NCBI GenBank assembly: GCA_964035545.1 | Contig: OZ037768.1 | Span: 22,353,319 to 22,417,318 of the forward strand | Direction: 5' to 3' | Length of the DNA: 64,000 bases | From: Bugula neritina | Taxonomy: Eukaryota > Animalia > Bryozoa | In this document: positions 13,124 to 24,541 of the stretch, piece by piece | Numbering within the stretch: the stretch's first letter is position 1 | Layout: every line of letters starts with the position of its first letter | Position numbers and translations under genes: made by a program | Notes under the pieces: model-generated | Database searches by the model: none | Seen by the model: only the letters and a program-made list of their open reading frames with translations | What the model was told of the DNA's origin: nothing

Positions 13124-13531
13124 CTATATTAGCAACTCAATTCTAAAATTAATACAAATATGAACAGAGCTTTCATTCTGATTCTGATAGTTTAGGTTAG
13201 AACTTAGAGAACTAGAAGTAGAACTCACCAACAACTTTACATATGCAAATCTCAAAAGGACCAGCACACTCAACAGTGTAACAACTCCAGCAGGCATTAC
13301 TTTGCCAGAATTCATAAATCGTTTTCCCATTACAAATGTCAGAGCTACAGCTGTACCAATGACTAAAATTTGGCCAAGCGGTTGTTGAATTGAAACCAAA
13401 TACGTGCCAACTAAAACAACTACGCCAAAGGACACACCAGCAGCAAGGCTCGGTATACTGCCGGCTTTAATATAACCAGCTAATCCTCCAGCAGCAATAG
13501 CTAACGCATAGGCAACGTGTAGCTTATCCAT
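13124..13531 (-). CDS. TMEM14: Transmembrane protein 14 family (TMEM14C-like); C-terminal end uncertain
   Basis: MDKLHVAYALAIAAGGLAGYIKAGSIPSLAAG...MGKRFMNSGKVMPAG matches the TMEM14 signature. A GTGAGT donor at 13228 may replace the low-complexity ORF tail with a short last exon. Confidence 0.85.
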   Translation of the reverse strand: MDKLHVAYALAIAAGGLAGYIKAGSIPSLAAGVSFGVVVLVGTYLVSIQQPLGQILVIGTAVALTFVMGKRFMNSGKVMPAGVVTLLSVLVLLRFAYVKLLVSSTSSSLSSNLNYQNQNESSVHICINFRIELLI

Positions 13532-13599
13532 ATTGATAATATAATTATTTACAAGTTTTGAGTTGACTTTGAGCCTTGAGGTAATCGAAAACACTGTTT

Positions 13600-13830
13600 T
13601 CAATGAATGAAACGGAAATTGCCACAGCAGGTTGATAGACGCAGCACAAATTTTGGAGTAAATGGGTGCAGAGGTTCAGAGTTTGTAGAATAATGTGTAT
13701 ACAACTATCGCACTTAGTGACCCTAAGCTTGGTATTGTTTCTAGCGATCCTTTACTAAAACGTATCGTTGTTAGAACGTGATCCAAAATATTACTACAAA
13801 TTTATTAACGAGCGGCCAGATTAAGGTATT
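13600..13830. promoter_or_regulatory. Putative bidirectional promoter, TMEM14/RUSF1
   Basis: Lies between divergent start codons; locally CpG-richer; CGGAA (Ets-like core) at 13613. Confidence 0.45.
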
Positions 13831-14817
13831 TATCTGCATACTAACATCTGAAGTTTAGTAAGTTTAGAAACGTTTACATAGCGATTCGTCTTCGTAACCT
13901 TTACTTTTCTCATTAACGTATTCTAATTTGTTCTTACTTATATTATTTGTTCTTACATATATCTTAAACATCTCTGATCACTGAGTAATGATCATATTGA
14001 TTCTATCACTTACAGTCACAGAGTGACTCACAACTATTATTTATAGCTATACTGCTTTATTTATAGTAGCACTAGTACTACTCTTTTTCAAAACCTAGTG
14101 CTAGTAATACTAATACTAATAGTAATACTAATACTAATACTAATAGTAATGGTGACTAACTCCGAGTATAATACTCATAGTCATAGTCTAAGTCAATAGT
14201 CAATCTGATACTCATACTACTGCTAGTGCTATGCGTATGCGTACCGGTACCGGGTACGTCTAGTGGCAGTGTCAGTGGTATACTGCTAGTGGCAGTGCTA
14301 CTACTAGTACTACGTCTACTAGTTCTACGTCTACTGGTACTACTTATGCTACGGCTACTGGTACTAGTACTATTAGTATTGATGCTGCTTATTCTAATAA
14401 TAATATTAATAGTAATACTTATAGTTATAGTAATCGTAAAAACTGGTTGTAATAGTGACTAATACTATTACTATTAGTATTACTATTAGTATTAGTCACT
14501 GTTACATATAGTTTTACAATTAGTATTACTATAAGTAACTATTACTATTAGTAATAGTATTAGTATTAGTATTATTAATAATAATACTAATAGTAATTAT
14601 AATATTAATACTAATACTATTACTATTAGTAATAGGCATTGTTACCTCTATACTAATAGTGTGATACTCGTACTCATATTCGTAAGTCTAGTCATAGTGA
14701 TGGTAAAAATTTTAATTCTATAGTATTGAATATAATGATAAGGGAAACTATAATAATATGAATCTATGACTATAACTTTATGCTGAATTTTAGTTTGAAA
14801 AGGAATTAGGACTTGCT

Positions 14818-17800
14818 ATGAATGGAGCAGTGGTGATAACGGAGCGCTATGGATCATCTAATAGAAAAAGAGATTATGTTTCCACAGGCTCTGGCACACT
14901 AAAAGTTTTGGAAAAAGAAAATGAAAGGTTTCAGTCTATTGGCCAGATGTTTGAGGTGTGCCAATTTGTCAGTTTACTATATTTATAGTACACTATCACT
15001 TTTTAGTATGGTGTATTGACCTTTATTTCATAATAATAATGGTTATTGTGCTAGGCCAGCCAAAAGCTTGAGTTATATTTCTGCTTATTATCATATATAG
15101 TTGTTATGTGACTCTAATTCTAGCATGTCTATCAGTTTTGGTTACATTGCTTTGAAGCAGAATCAATCATACCTGACAATTTCTCAGACTGTAGGACAAC
15201 AAAATCTGCTGGTTTTGTAGACAGTGTTCCTACCACAAGGATATCCTGAAAGTGTGAGCTCAGACTACCTTCGATATCAAATATATGACACCATTCAGGT
15301 TGGTACTTTTTTTATCTGTTTATGAAACATTTGAGTAACACCTGAGTTTTAAATAAAGTTTCAATTGAACTGGCAGCTTGTATGACTAAGTCATACTTAT
15401 CTTACACTCTATAGCACTTTATAAGATATTAGTTGAAAAATTGGCTTGCTTATGAAGAATAGGGCTTTTTGTAATTTGAGCAAAGTTGTAGCATTCATAG
15501 CTATTTTAATGTCCGATATATTTAATTGTTATGAGTTTTGTTTTTATCTAAGATGTCATAAAACTATACAACTATTTGTAAAGTTATGTAGTCATTTTAG
15601 AATTGAAATCCTAATTCAATGCACACTAAAGTATTACTATTAATAAAAATATAGATTACTTTTCTTCGGATGCAGTTCAATACTTATTTCAATGGTTATG
15701 TAAAAAAATTGTTTTATTATGTCAAATTAGTAAGATTTTTTGCTTTAAAATTTATTTTGAGGCCCCAAGCAATGTTTTCTTTGGACTACTCTTCAAAATT
15801 AAAAATATTCTGTTGTATGGGCTCTAAACTATATAATAGTTGTGCATATATGTATATATTCTAATTTTAAAGTTTATTATAATTATTTTTTAGAATAAAT
15901 AACCCAAGTGCATTTTTTTACGTTTAGCTATTAGATGAGAAGTGAATTTGCAGCAAATAATTTTTTGTTTTAATGGACAGAATTGCTAAAACAAAACAAA
16001 AATAAGTATGTTGTGCCAAATCATTTTTACTTTTTATCAAGCTCACAACTAAAAGACAGTGTGAACTTAAAGTTCATGAATGCAACTGAACGTTGAATAT
16101 TTGTATGTAGACCATAGGTTTCAAGTCAGGATTAATAGTTCATACTTTACCTATTTATTCTAGACTACAAACACAAGATCAGAGTGGGATTAGATAACTA
16201 CACCTATTGTTTTAGTGAGATAGTTTTATTGGTAGTTCATTTATCAGTTTTTGTTTGTTAGAATGTAGCATTATCATTCATTTTCATCTACATTCTACAA
16301 GCTATGCTGTAATTATACTGGCAACATTTTTGTTTGAACAAGTGTGTTGAAGTAATACACTGTTTGTTTGCACTGAGTTTATCTGTGGAGTGTGGTAGAT
16401 TTAATGGTGGCCTGGCAATGTGCTTATCTGGTTGTGCAATAATTTTGCCAGCAGAGTAGCTGGTTTAACGTCTCAGCTAACAAGTTATTTTTTGCACCAC
16501 ATTATATCTAACGTATAACTTAGACTTTTTTATAACATAGTTCGATAACTTAAAGATGATACATTATTTCACTACACTGTCGCTACACTGTCACTACTCA
16601 CTATACTGACACTACACTGTCACTACTCACTATACTGACACTACACTGTCACTACTCACTATACTGACACTACACTGTCACTACTCACTATACTGACACT
16701 ACACTGTCACTACTCACTATACTGACACTACACTGTCACTACTCACTATACTGACACTACACTGTCACTACTCACTATACTGACACTACACTGTCACTAC
16801 TCACTATACTGACACTATACTGTCACTATACTGTCACTATACTGTCACTACACTGTCACTACACTGTCACTACACTGACATTGCAGAAAGTATGTATTGG
16901 TAGTTTTAACCTGAATTAGACTTGTTGCAGCAGCTTTAAACTGGTTGAAATAATGTGACTGACAAATTGTTTGAGGAATATTTCTAATACCGTAATATGT
17001 TTACAAAGTAAAATAATGCATCTGCCATGTCATGGGTGGCGCTGTGCTAGTTGTAATAACTACATCTCTTCTCATTCAGGCGTTTGCAAGCTCCATCACC
17101 GGTACTTTAGCTACGCAGGCTTTGCTGAAGGGAGTGGGAGTGGGTGATGACAGCGCCACGGCTTTGGCAGCCACCATCACTTGGATCATGAAAGGTACCG
17201 GCAGCTATTTCTCTTTATTTGCTGACTCAGCAGTCGGCAGCACTCTATTTTATGACTGTTTAAGTGAGTTATTCAATAGGTCAAAGGTCACACTGCTGGT
17301 AATTAAAAAGTTTAAATACCTGATTCATTCCAGCCGTGCTGGGTGTTTATATCATGTAACAGAAGTTCTGGTTGGCTGAGATTAAAATAGCTAATTCTAC
17401 CTTTTGCCTTTAAGGAAAAGTTATAATAGTTAGGAAATAGTGACATAGGCATGTGTGTGCTGAGCAATTGGTCTAAAATTTATACTGAAAACTTCAAAAC
17501 TTCACCTGTTCATAGAGACACTTATCTATTCTAGCCTAGTTGGTGATGTATGGGTTCAAACCCTACTGGGACAAACCATATTCAAAATGTATTGTCTATA
17601 TCTATGAATATAATGCTAATGCTATTATTCTACATAACCTATTTGTAGATGGAACTGGAATGATTGGTAGAATACTGTTTGCTTGGCTTCAAGGGTGATT
17701 ATTTCTCATACAATTAGCTTATGTGTTGGAATATTCACCAGCTGCTGTTTTTCATTAGTTTAATACTTTAATAGATTATACCGTTTGTATTGTTATATAT

Positions 17801-20800
17801 TAGATCTAGTCTGGATTGTGATGCCAAGAGGTGGAGGCTATTTGCTGACATGCTCAACGACTTCGCTATCTGTCTAGAGATATCTGCCCCCTTCTTTCCG
17901 CTATGGTTTACACTCATAGTCTGTGTATCTGGAGTGTGTAAGGTAAAAATTTTATTCTCCACCATAGTTGATATTTTAGTAATACAAATAAAAACAGTTG
18001 AGTTTTATTAATTTTTTCCAATTTAATGGGATAGAAGTTGTCATCTCTTGAGTTGCACCAACTTTACTGTGTTTTTATAACATTGAAGCATAACTAACTT
18101 TTAGGAAAACTTGATTACAAAAATGTGCTGTGCAATTGTCACTTAAGCAGTTATAAAATATTTGTTGAGATGTTAGTTGAATAGAATTAGGTGAAGTTTG
18201 CTCAAAGGGTTTTAATTAATAAGACTAAATTCTCAAATTTTCCTACCGTTAATTTTGTGTCATAAAAAGAAGATAACTTCCACCGAGTTTAGGAAAACTC
18301 AACACAATATTGCTTAGATATTTGAGTTCTCCATAAAATTATTATTGTAATACATGAGCAGGTTTATCAATTTACTGTTTTATCATATTTAGCCTTTTGA
18401 TCTGCATTACAGTCGATAGTTGGGGTGGCTGGTGGCTCGACCCGGGCTGCGTTGACATTGCACCAGGCAAGGCGGAACAACATGGCAGACGTTTCAGCTA
18501 AAGATGGCAGTCAGGAGACGTTGGTTAACTTAGCGGCTCTCATTTGTAGTCTGATGCTCGTGCCTATAGTTGCTGAGCAGCATGGGTGAGCTAGTTACAT
18601 GGTATTGTAGGTAGTTACATGGTATTGTAGGTAGTTACACGGTATTGTAGGTAGTAGATACATGGTATTGTAGGTAGTTACATGGTATTGTAGGTAGTTA
18701 CATAGTATTGTAGGTAGTAGTTACATGGTATTGTAGGTAGTTACGTGGTATTGTAGGTAGTAGATACATGGTATTGTAGGTAGTTACATGGTATTGTAGG
18801 TAGTTACATGGTATTGTAGGTAGATACATGGTATTGTAGGTAGTTACATGGTATTGTAGGTAGTAGATACATGGTATTGTAGGTAGTTACATGGTATTGT
18901 AGGTAGTTACATGGTATTGTAGGTAGTTACAAGGTATTGTAGGTAGTTACATGGTATTGTAGGTAGTTACATGGTATTGTAGGTAGTTACATGGTATTGT
19001 AGGTAGTTACATGGTATTGTAGGTAGTTACATGGTATTGTAGGTAGTTACATGGTATTGTAGGTAGATACATAGTGTTGTGGGTAGTTACATGGTATTGT
19101 AGGTAGTTACATGGTATTGTAGGTAGATACATAGTGTTGTGGGTAGTTACATGGTATTGTAGGTAGTTACATGGTATTGTAGGTAGTTACATGGTATTGT
19201 AGGTAGTTACATGGTATTGTAGATAGATACATAGTGTTGTGGGTAGTTACAAGGTATTGTAGGTAGTTACATGGTATTGCAGGTAGATACATAGTGTTGT
19301 AGGTAGTTACATGGTATTGTAGGTAGTTACATGGTATTGTAGGTAGTTACATGGTATTGTAGGTAGTTACATGGTATTGTAGGTAGTTACATGGTATTGT
19401 AGGTAGTTACATGGTATTGTAGGTAGTTACATGGTATTGTAGGTAGTTACATGGTATTGTAGGTAGATACATGGTATTGTAGGTAGTTACATGGTATTGT
19501 AGGTAGTTACATGGTATTGTAGGTAGTTACATGGTATTGTAGGTAGTTACATGGTATTGTAGGTAGTTACATGGTATTGTAGGTAGTTACATGGTATTGT
19601 AGGTAGATACATGGTATTGTAGGTAGTTATATGGTATTGCAGGTAGTTATATAGTATTCTAACGCATAATCAACATTGCTTTCATGTTGTAGACTTGTAT
19701 GGACTCTGTTTGTTATATTCACCTGCATTCATTTATGGGCCAATTACTCTGCTGTCACCTCCGTTGTCATGGAAACCATCAACCAAGCTCGTCTGCACAT
19801 ACTCGTGAGAGATTTCTTTGTCACGAATTCTCCGGAGATGATGAGTATAGCCGAAGCCAACTATAGAGAGCCGGTTATTCTGAGTATGTTACGAGCTCTG
19901 TGATTGGTCTATACTGTATCTATTACTAGTCTATACTGTGTCTATTACTTCTCTATACTGTATCTATTACTAGTCTATACTGTATCTATTACTAGTCTAT
20001 ACTGCATCTATTACTAATCTATACTGTATCTATTACTAATCTATACTGTATCTATTACTAGTCTATACTGTATCTATTACTAATCTATACTGTATCTATT
20101 ACTAGTCTATACTGTATCTATTACTTTTATGTTGCAACGATATATGTACACCAGTGACTTGTTACTGGTGTACATGTTACATTGTATTTTTATATTAACT
20201 TGACAGTAAAATTTCTTGTTTTAATTACCACAAACTTATAACTTTAACGTCTGTTGAATAAATTTTCTTAGGAATGACAACTCCCATAAAATTTGTATAA
20301 ATCTGATGCCCTATTCACAATGTTTTGCACGCTTTTCAAGGGATATTCAGGGAGAAGTTGGTGAAGTAGTTTTAAGCATTCAATCAGTGCTGTTACTAAA
20401 GTTTCTTTTGATTGTAGAAACCAAATGGGCTTACGATATATGCATGGGCTCTCAACTTCATTTGATCTCAAACAGGTATACAGTGGTGGAAAATATGATA
20501 ATTTACTATTGGATCTTAGCAGAGTAGTAAGGTAGTTTGTGATACTGGGTATAGCATAGTATAGTAAGGGAATAGTATGTAATACAATTGCATACTATAT
20601 GTAAACATATTATAAGTTGATGTATAGTCACGGTGTGTAATTATGGTGTTTCGTATATAATATTGTTTTGCCTGACATGCTGTATTTGGATTCAAATAAT
20701 TTTGTAGATCTAATAACATGTTATTAGCTTGTAGCAAAGTTTCATATGGCTCCAATATGTATCGTGGTGTGTACTATGGAACGTCCCTATAATTGTACTC

Positions 20801-22942
20801 TATAAATGCTTCACACTGCTAGGAAGCTCTAGGTTTACTAACTCTATTTTGCATAGATATATGTGCAGCGTGATTATAAGAGAGCAAAAATGTTAATTTT
20901 ATGTGTCGTGGAATGTTCAACAAAATAATATGTTCTAAAGAAATTTTACCTTTTCACATGCTAGGATATTAGAAAGCACGCTATTCTGGTTATATTAGAT
21001 TGGGTTATGTTCTTACTTTGAGTATAAAATATGATATCTGATAGACTGTGTAAGGATGTCATATCAATACTCGTATCTCTTTCAGTCTGGGTGGTCTCAC
21101 CTCCCTTAAAGATCTGTATGACGGCGAGAAATATATTCTGGGAGTAAACAATGAGACAAAAAAGATTCACATTATACTCCGACACGACAGCAACGTGGCC
21201 GACCAGCTGAAGGCAGCATTCCAGGCTGAAATCATCAACGTCTTGTCTGATCTTCGCAACAACGGACAGGTATTAGGTTTTGCCTATTGGTCCAAATAAT
21301 TTATTATTTTAATGATATTCGTAAAAGTCCGTGTTATTACCTATTGATTCAAATGATCTAATCACTCAAGAAAGATACTAAATGATTTCTAATTTTATAC
21401 AAAGTATACTGAAGAATTCTCTTTGGTTTTATAACTAATTAGAACCCTTACATGATGCTGCAAAAGTTATCTTCTCTTGTATTTACAGGCCGGCCAGCAG
21501 ACTAGAATATCAGGAAATGTTATAGCAGGTACTATTTACAGTGTTCCTAAGTTAAGGACTATTCTTAGAGCCAAAGAGCTTTTAACTTTTAGTAAATGGG
21601 TCATTTTACTTTATTTAGTACAATACTAATGCTGATGTAAATGTTTTTGCCCAAAACTAATAAGTTGTTAACAGATGAAACCAAATTATTAAATGTTCTT
21701 TTTTTCTATATATTTTTTTATTAAATATTTAGTTGAAAGCATAGGTCTTATTTGAAGATTTTTGCATCATGGTTAGTGAGTATTTAATTCTCAAGAACAT
21801 AATACAATATAATTATGTAGCATTTTTTTATTTTCCACAAATAGTACAGATACGAAATATACCAATAACTTCGTCTAATAACATAATTTAGATGAAATAA
21901 CTTACAAGGTAGCCTGTTTTAATTACCAGAATGGCAATTAAATGCACTTTATTGTTGCAAGATTTTCTCTCAGCCTTTTTTCCTATACATAAATTTGTAA
22001 TCAGCACAAAAACTACTACAACCTGTTATATTTTTATGACTTAACCAATATGTTCAATATTTGCTCTTATTTTGCTGGTGTGTACTAAAGAAAGTAAAAT
22101 GACCCACTCAATTTCACAATAATGATAGCGTGCATGTTTGAGAACAAACCATTACCTCATCACTGAGGTAGTTCTTCTGCACTGCTGATTGGTTCTTTCT
22201 TCAGCATCTATTTCCTGTTTGTTTCCTCCTTCATTTCCCTAAGCTTGGCTTCGTATGTAACTGTGATGCAATTTAATCATCTTCTTTATACTTTTTACAC
22301 AATAAACTGTTAGACAAGGTGGTCTGTTCTGATTAAATATGGTAATTAGATACATTGTGCAAGTTTTGTACAGAAGGACGTTAGAGGTCAGGGTGTCTTA
22401 AGTTGACAGTTACGGTGTTTTATATAATATATGCTAACTTATTGATTGTAACTTTGTGAGTATTTTGACATCAAATTAGATGTCTTTTATACTGTTTCCA
22501 CGCTAATACTGTGCTATACTCAATTGCTAATTGACTAATGTTTAATACATGTACTATGTTGATCAATATATGTGTTGTATCTAACAAGGCCGTATGGAAT
22601 ATAAACTTTTGCTTCCATGTTTTGTAGATAACGCCATCAATGAGGTTTTATGTACTTCGATAAATACAGCGCTGGGCCATAGTAAGTCATCCTCCCTTTC
22701 AGTCTAGTTCTATTTGTTTTAAAGAAATTATTCATGTGTCAGTTTTACTATTGGCCTAATCACTGGTTCCAGACGATGCATTCGACGTATCTCAACTCAC
22801 TCTACAGTTGACGAGAAACACATTCCCGTACTTCTATAGTCAACTGAGCTCTACAGGCTGGACCACGTCACACGCCCTTCTTGGTGCCGATGAATGGAGG
22901 TCCGCGTGGGGCAAAGATCTCAATCTAAATGGAGTTAATTAA
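14818..22942 (+). CDS. RUSF1: RUS family member 1 (C16orf58/DUF647)
   Basis: Exons ~14818-14955, 15221-15298, 17080-17194, 17649-17694, 17804-17942, 18413-18585, 19693-19883, 20418-20475, 21086-21269, 21489-21528, 22628-22681 and 22773-22942. Motifs VFLPQGYPESVSSDY, AKRWRLFADMLND, NNMADVSAKDGSQET and DEWR. Confidence 0.9.
16570..16882. repeat. 29-bp minisatellite built from ~10-bp CACTACACTG subunits
   Basis: TCACTACTCACTATACTGACACTACACTG, about 8 copies, then shorter subunits. Confidence 0.9.
18586..19660 (+). repeat. 20-bp minisatellite (~50 copies) filling RUSF1 intron 6
   Basis: Unit GTAGTTACATGGTATTGTAG. Confidence 0.95.
19908..20126 (+). repeat. 22-bp intronic minisatellite
   Basis: TCTATACTGTATCTATTACTAG, about 10 copies. 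Confidence 0.9.
21597..22106. mobile_element. MITE-like element with 26-bp terminal inverted repeats
   Basis: TGGGTCATTTTACTTTATTTAGTACA (21597-21622) versus TGTACTAAAGAAAGTAAAATGACCCA (22081-22106), one mismatch. A related end is at 35531-35565. No clear TSD. Confidence 0.6.
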
Positions 22943-23045
22943 CATCATACTTGAAAGTCGGGCACTTTTGGGTAATCCCCCATCTCGATTGATGTTGCCC
23001 ATTTATATTCTATTTGTTGCTTCGTTAGTAATTGCAGCTATTAGC

Positions 23046-23242
23046 GACACATGGCTGCAGGTGCCTGCTGGCACATGACTGCAGGTGTCTGCTGGCACAT
23101 GACTGCAGGTGTCTGCTGGCACATGGCTGCAGGTGTTTGCTGGCACATGGCTGCAGGTGCCTGCTGGCACATGGCTGCAGGTGCCTGCTGGCACATGACT
23201 GCAGGTGCCTGCTGGCACATGTATACAGGTGTCTGCTAGCCA
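23046..23242 (+). repeat. 24-bp GC-rich minisatellite in the predicted RUSF1 3' UTR
   Basis: GCACATGGCTGCAGGTGCCTGCTG, about 8 copies. Confidence 0.9.
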
Positions 23243-24541
23243 CTGGACTCATATACTTTTTTATGATAACCTAGCCTAGAATACTAGACTTATGCTCTTA
23301 TGTTGTAAAACTCATCCATCCACAATGCCAGTGAGAAATATCATTATTCACACATTCTGCTATGACGTGGTGTTGGACAGGCTTCGTGCTTTTACATGCT
23401 TTTCATGTTATACTAAGCTTCATTTACATTATTTGCCACTCATTAAAAATTTTGCATAACTATTTGACTGTTTATGCAGATCTGAGAATTTTGTTAATTT
23501 TTGAAAACAATTACATAATATTGGTACATTATGCTATTTATACAGTTTTGTTATCAACAGCTTTAATAAAAATTATTTCTACATCAACACACTTGGTGAA
23601 CTTCTTCATTTTAAGTAGCAAGTCATAAATTTGCTGCTTTGTCTGGTATTTGAGAATTTAGAGTCTGTTAAGTCTGAAGTTCCACAGTAGTATCTAAAGT
23701 CTACAGAGTAGACAGCATGACTCACTACTAAAAGCTACTCTAGGAAATGTTGCACTGTATATTGACAACTCCTTTGTAGGAAATTACAAAGCATCTAAAC
23801 TGACATTTATTTGCGAATTTAGACCAGCAACAATAAAGTAATCAATTAACTTTCTCAAAGACTGGCTTGTAATGTTGCAGGATATCTTTGATGTTTTGCT
23901 GAACAACTTATCATTAAAATATATTGATTGTAGTCTGAGAAAAGACTAAACGAAGTTGATTAACGGATATGACTAGTGATCATATAGAATATAAAAATAA
24001 TGAGTTTGAAATCAGTTGAAATTTTTTTACTTGTATTCAACACCAGATCTCTAATACATTTTCTCTTTGGAAGTAAACAAAAAACCAACACGATATGAGG
24101 TAAATGCAGCTGCTAATTATAGTATGACAAAACACATCCTCCATTTATGTAAGTCGAGTAATTGAAAAATATATAAATTCTGACTAGTGCAATAAAAACT
24201 ACATAAATGGCAGCGGGTATTGAATATAAAACTTGTATGCATTGGCAAAATTCAAAATAAATCATTGACAAAAATATACTACAGAACAAAACAGTTGCAC
24301 CATTGACTATGCTTTGACTAGACTAACAGGGTAAATGCTTACCAATTGCTAACTTTGAATATAAATTATAAAAACCTAATTCAAACATTAACCTATCATT
24401 GACAAATATATATATTTACAAGTTTAATTGACCCAATCAAAAGCTCCGTATCACATTCAGGCAGAAACATGATTGGTACACTCCGCAAGGGAAAAGACAA
24501 GGAAGTGACAGATATCCAAGTAAGCTGTTTGAAGCAGTGAG

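Noticed and set aside
14226-14462. Hydrophobic ORFs resembling membrane peptides (also 29202-29567 and 30359-30601)
   Set aside because: They are a by-product of NTN-periodic low-complexity DNA, with no splice or homology support.
1201-19660. Possible CRISPR arrays in the regularly spaced repeats
   Set aside because: The units are contiguous with no unique spacers, there are no cas genes, and the context is eukaryotic introns.
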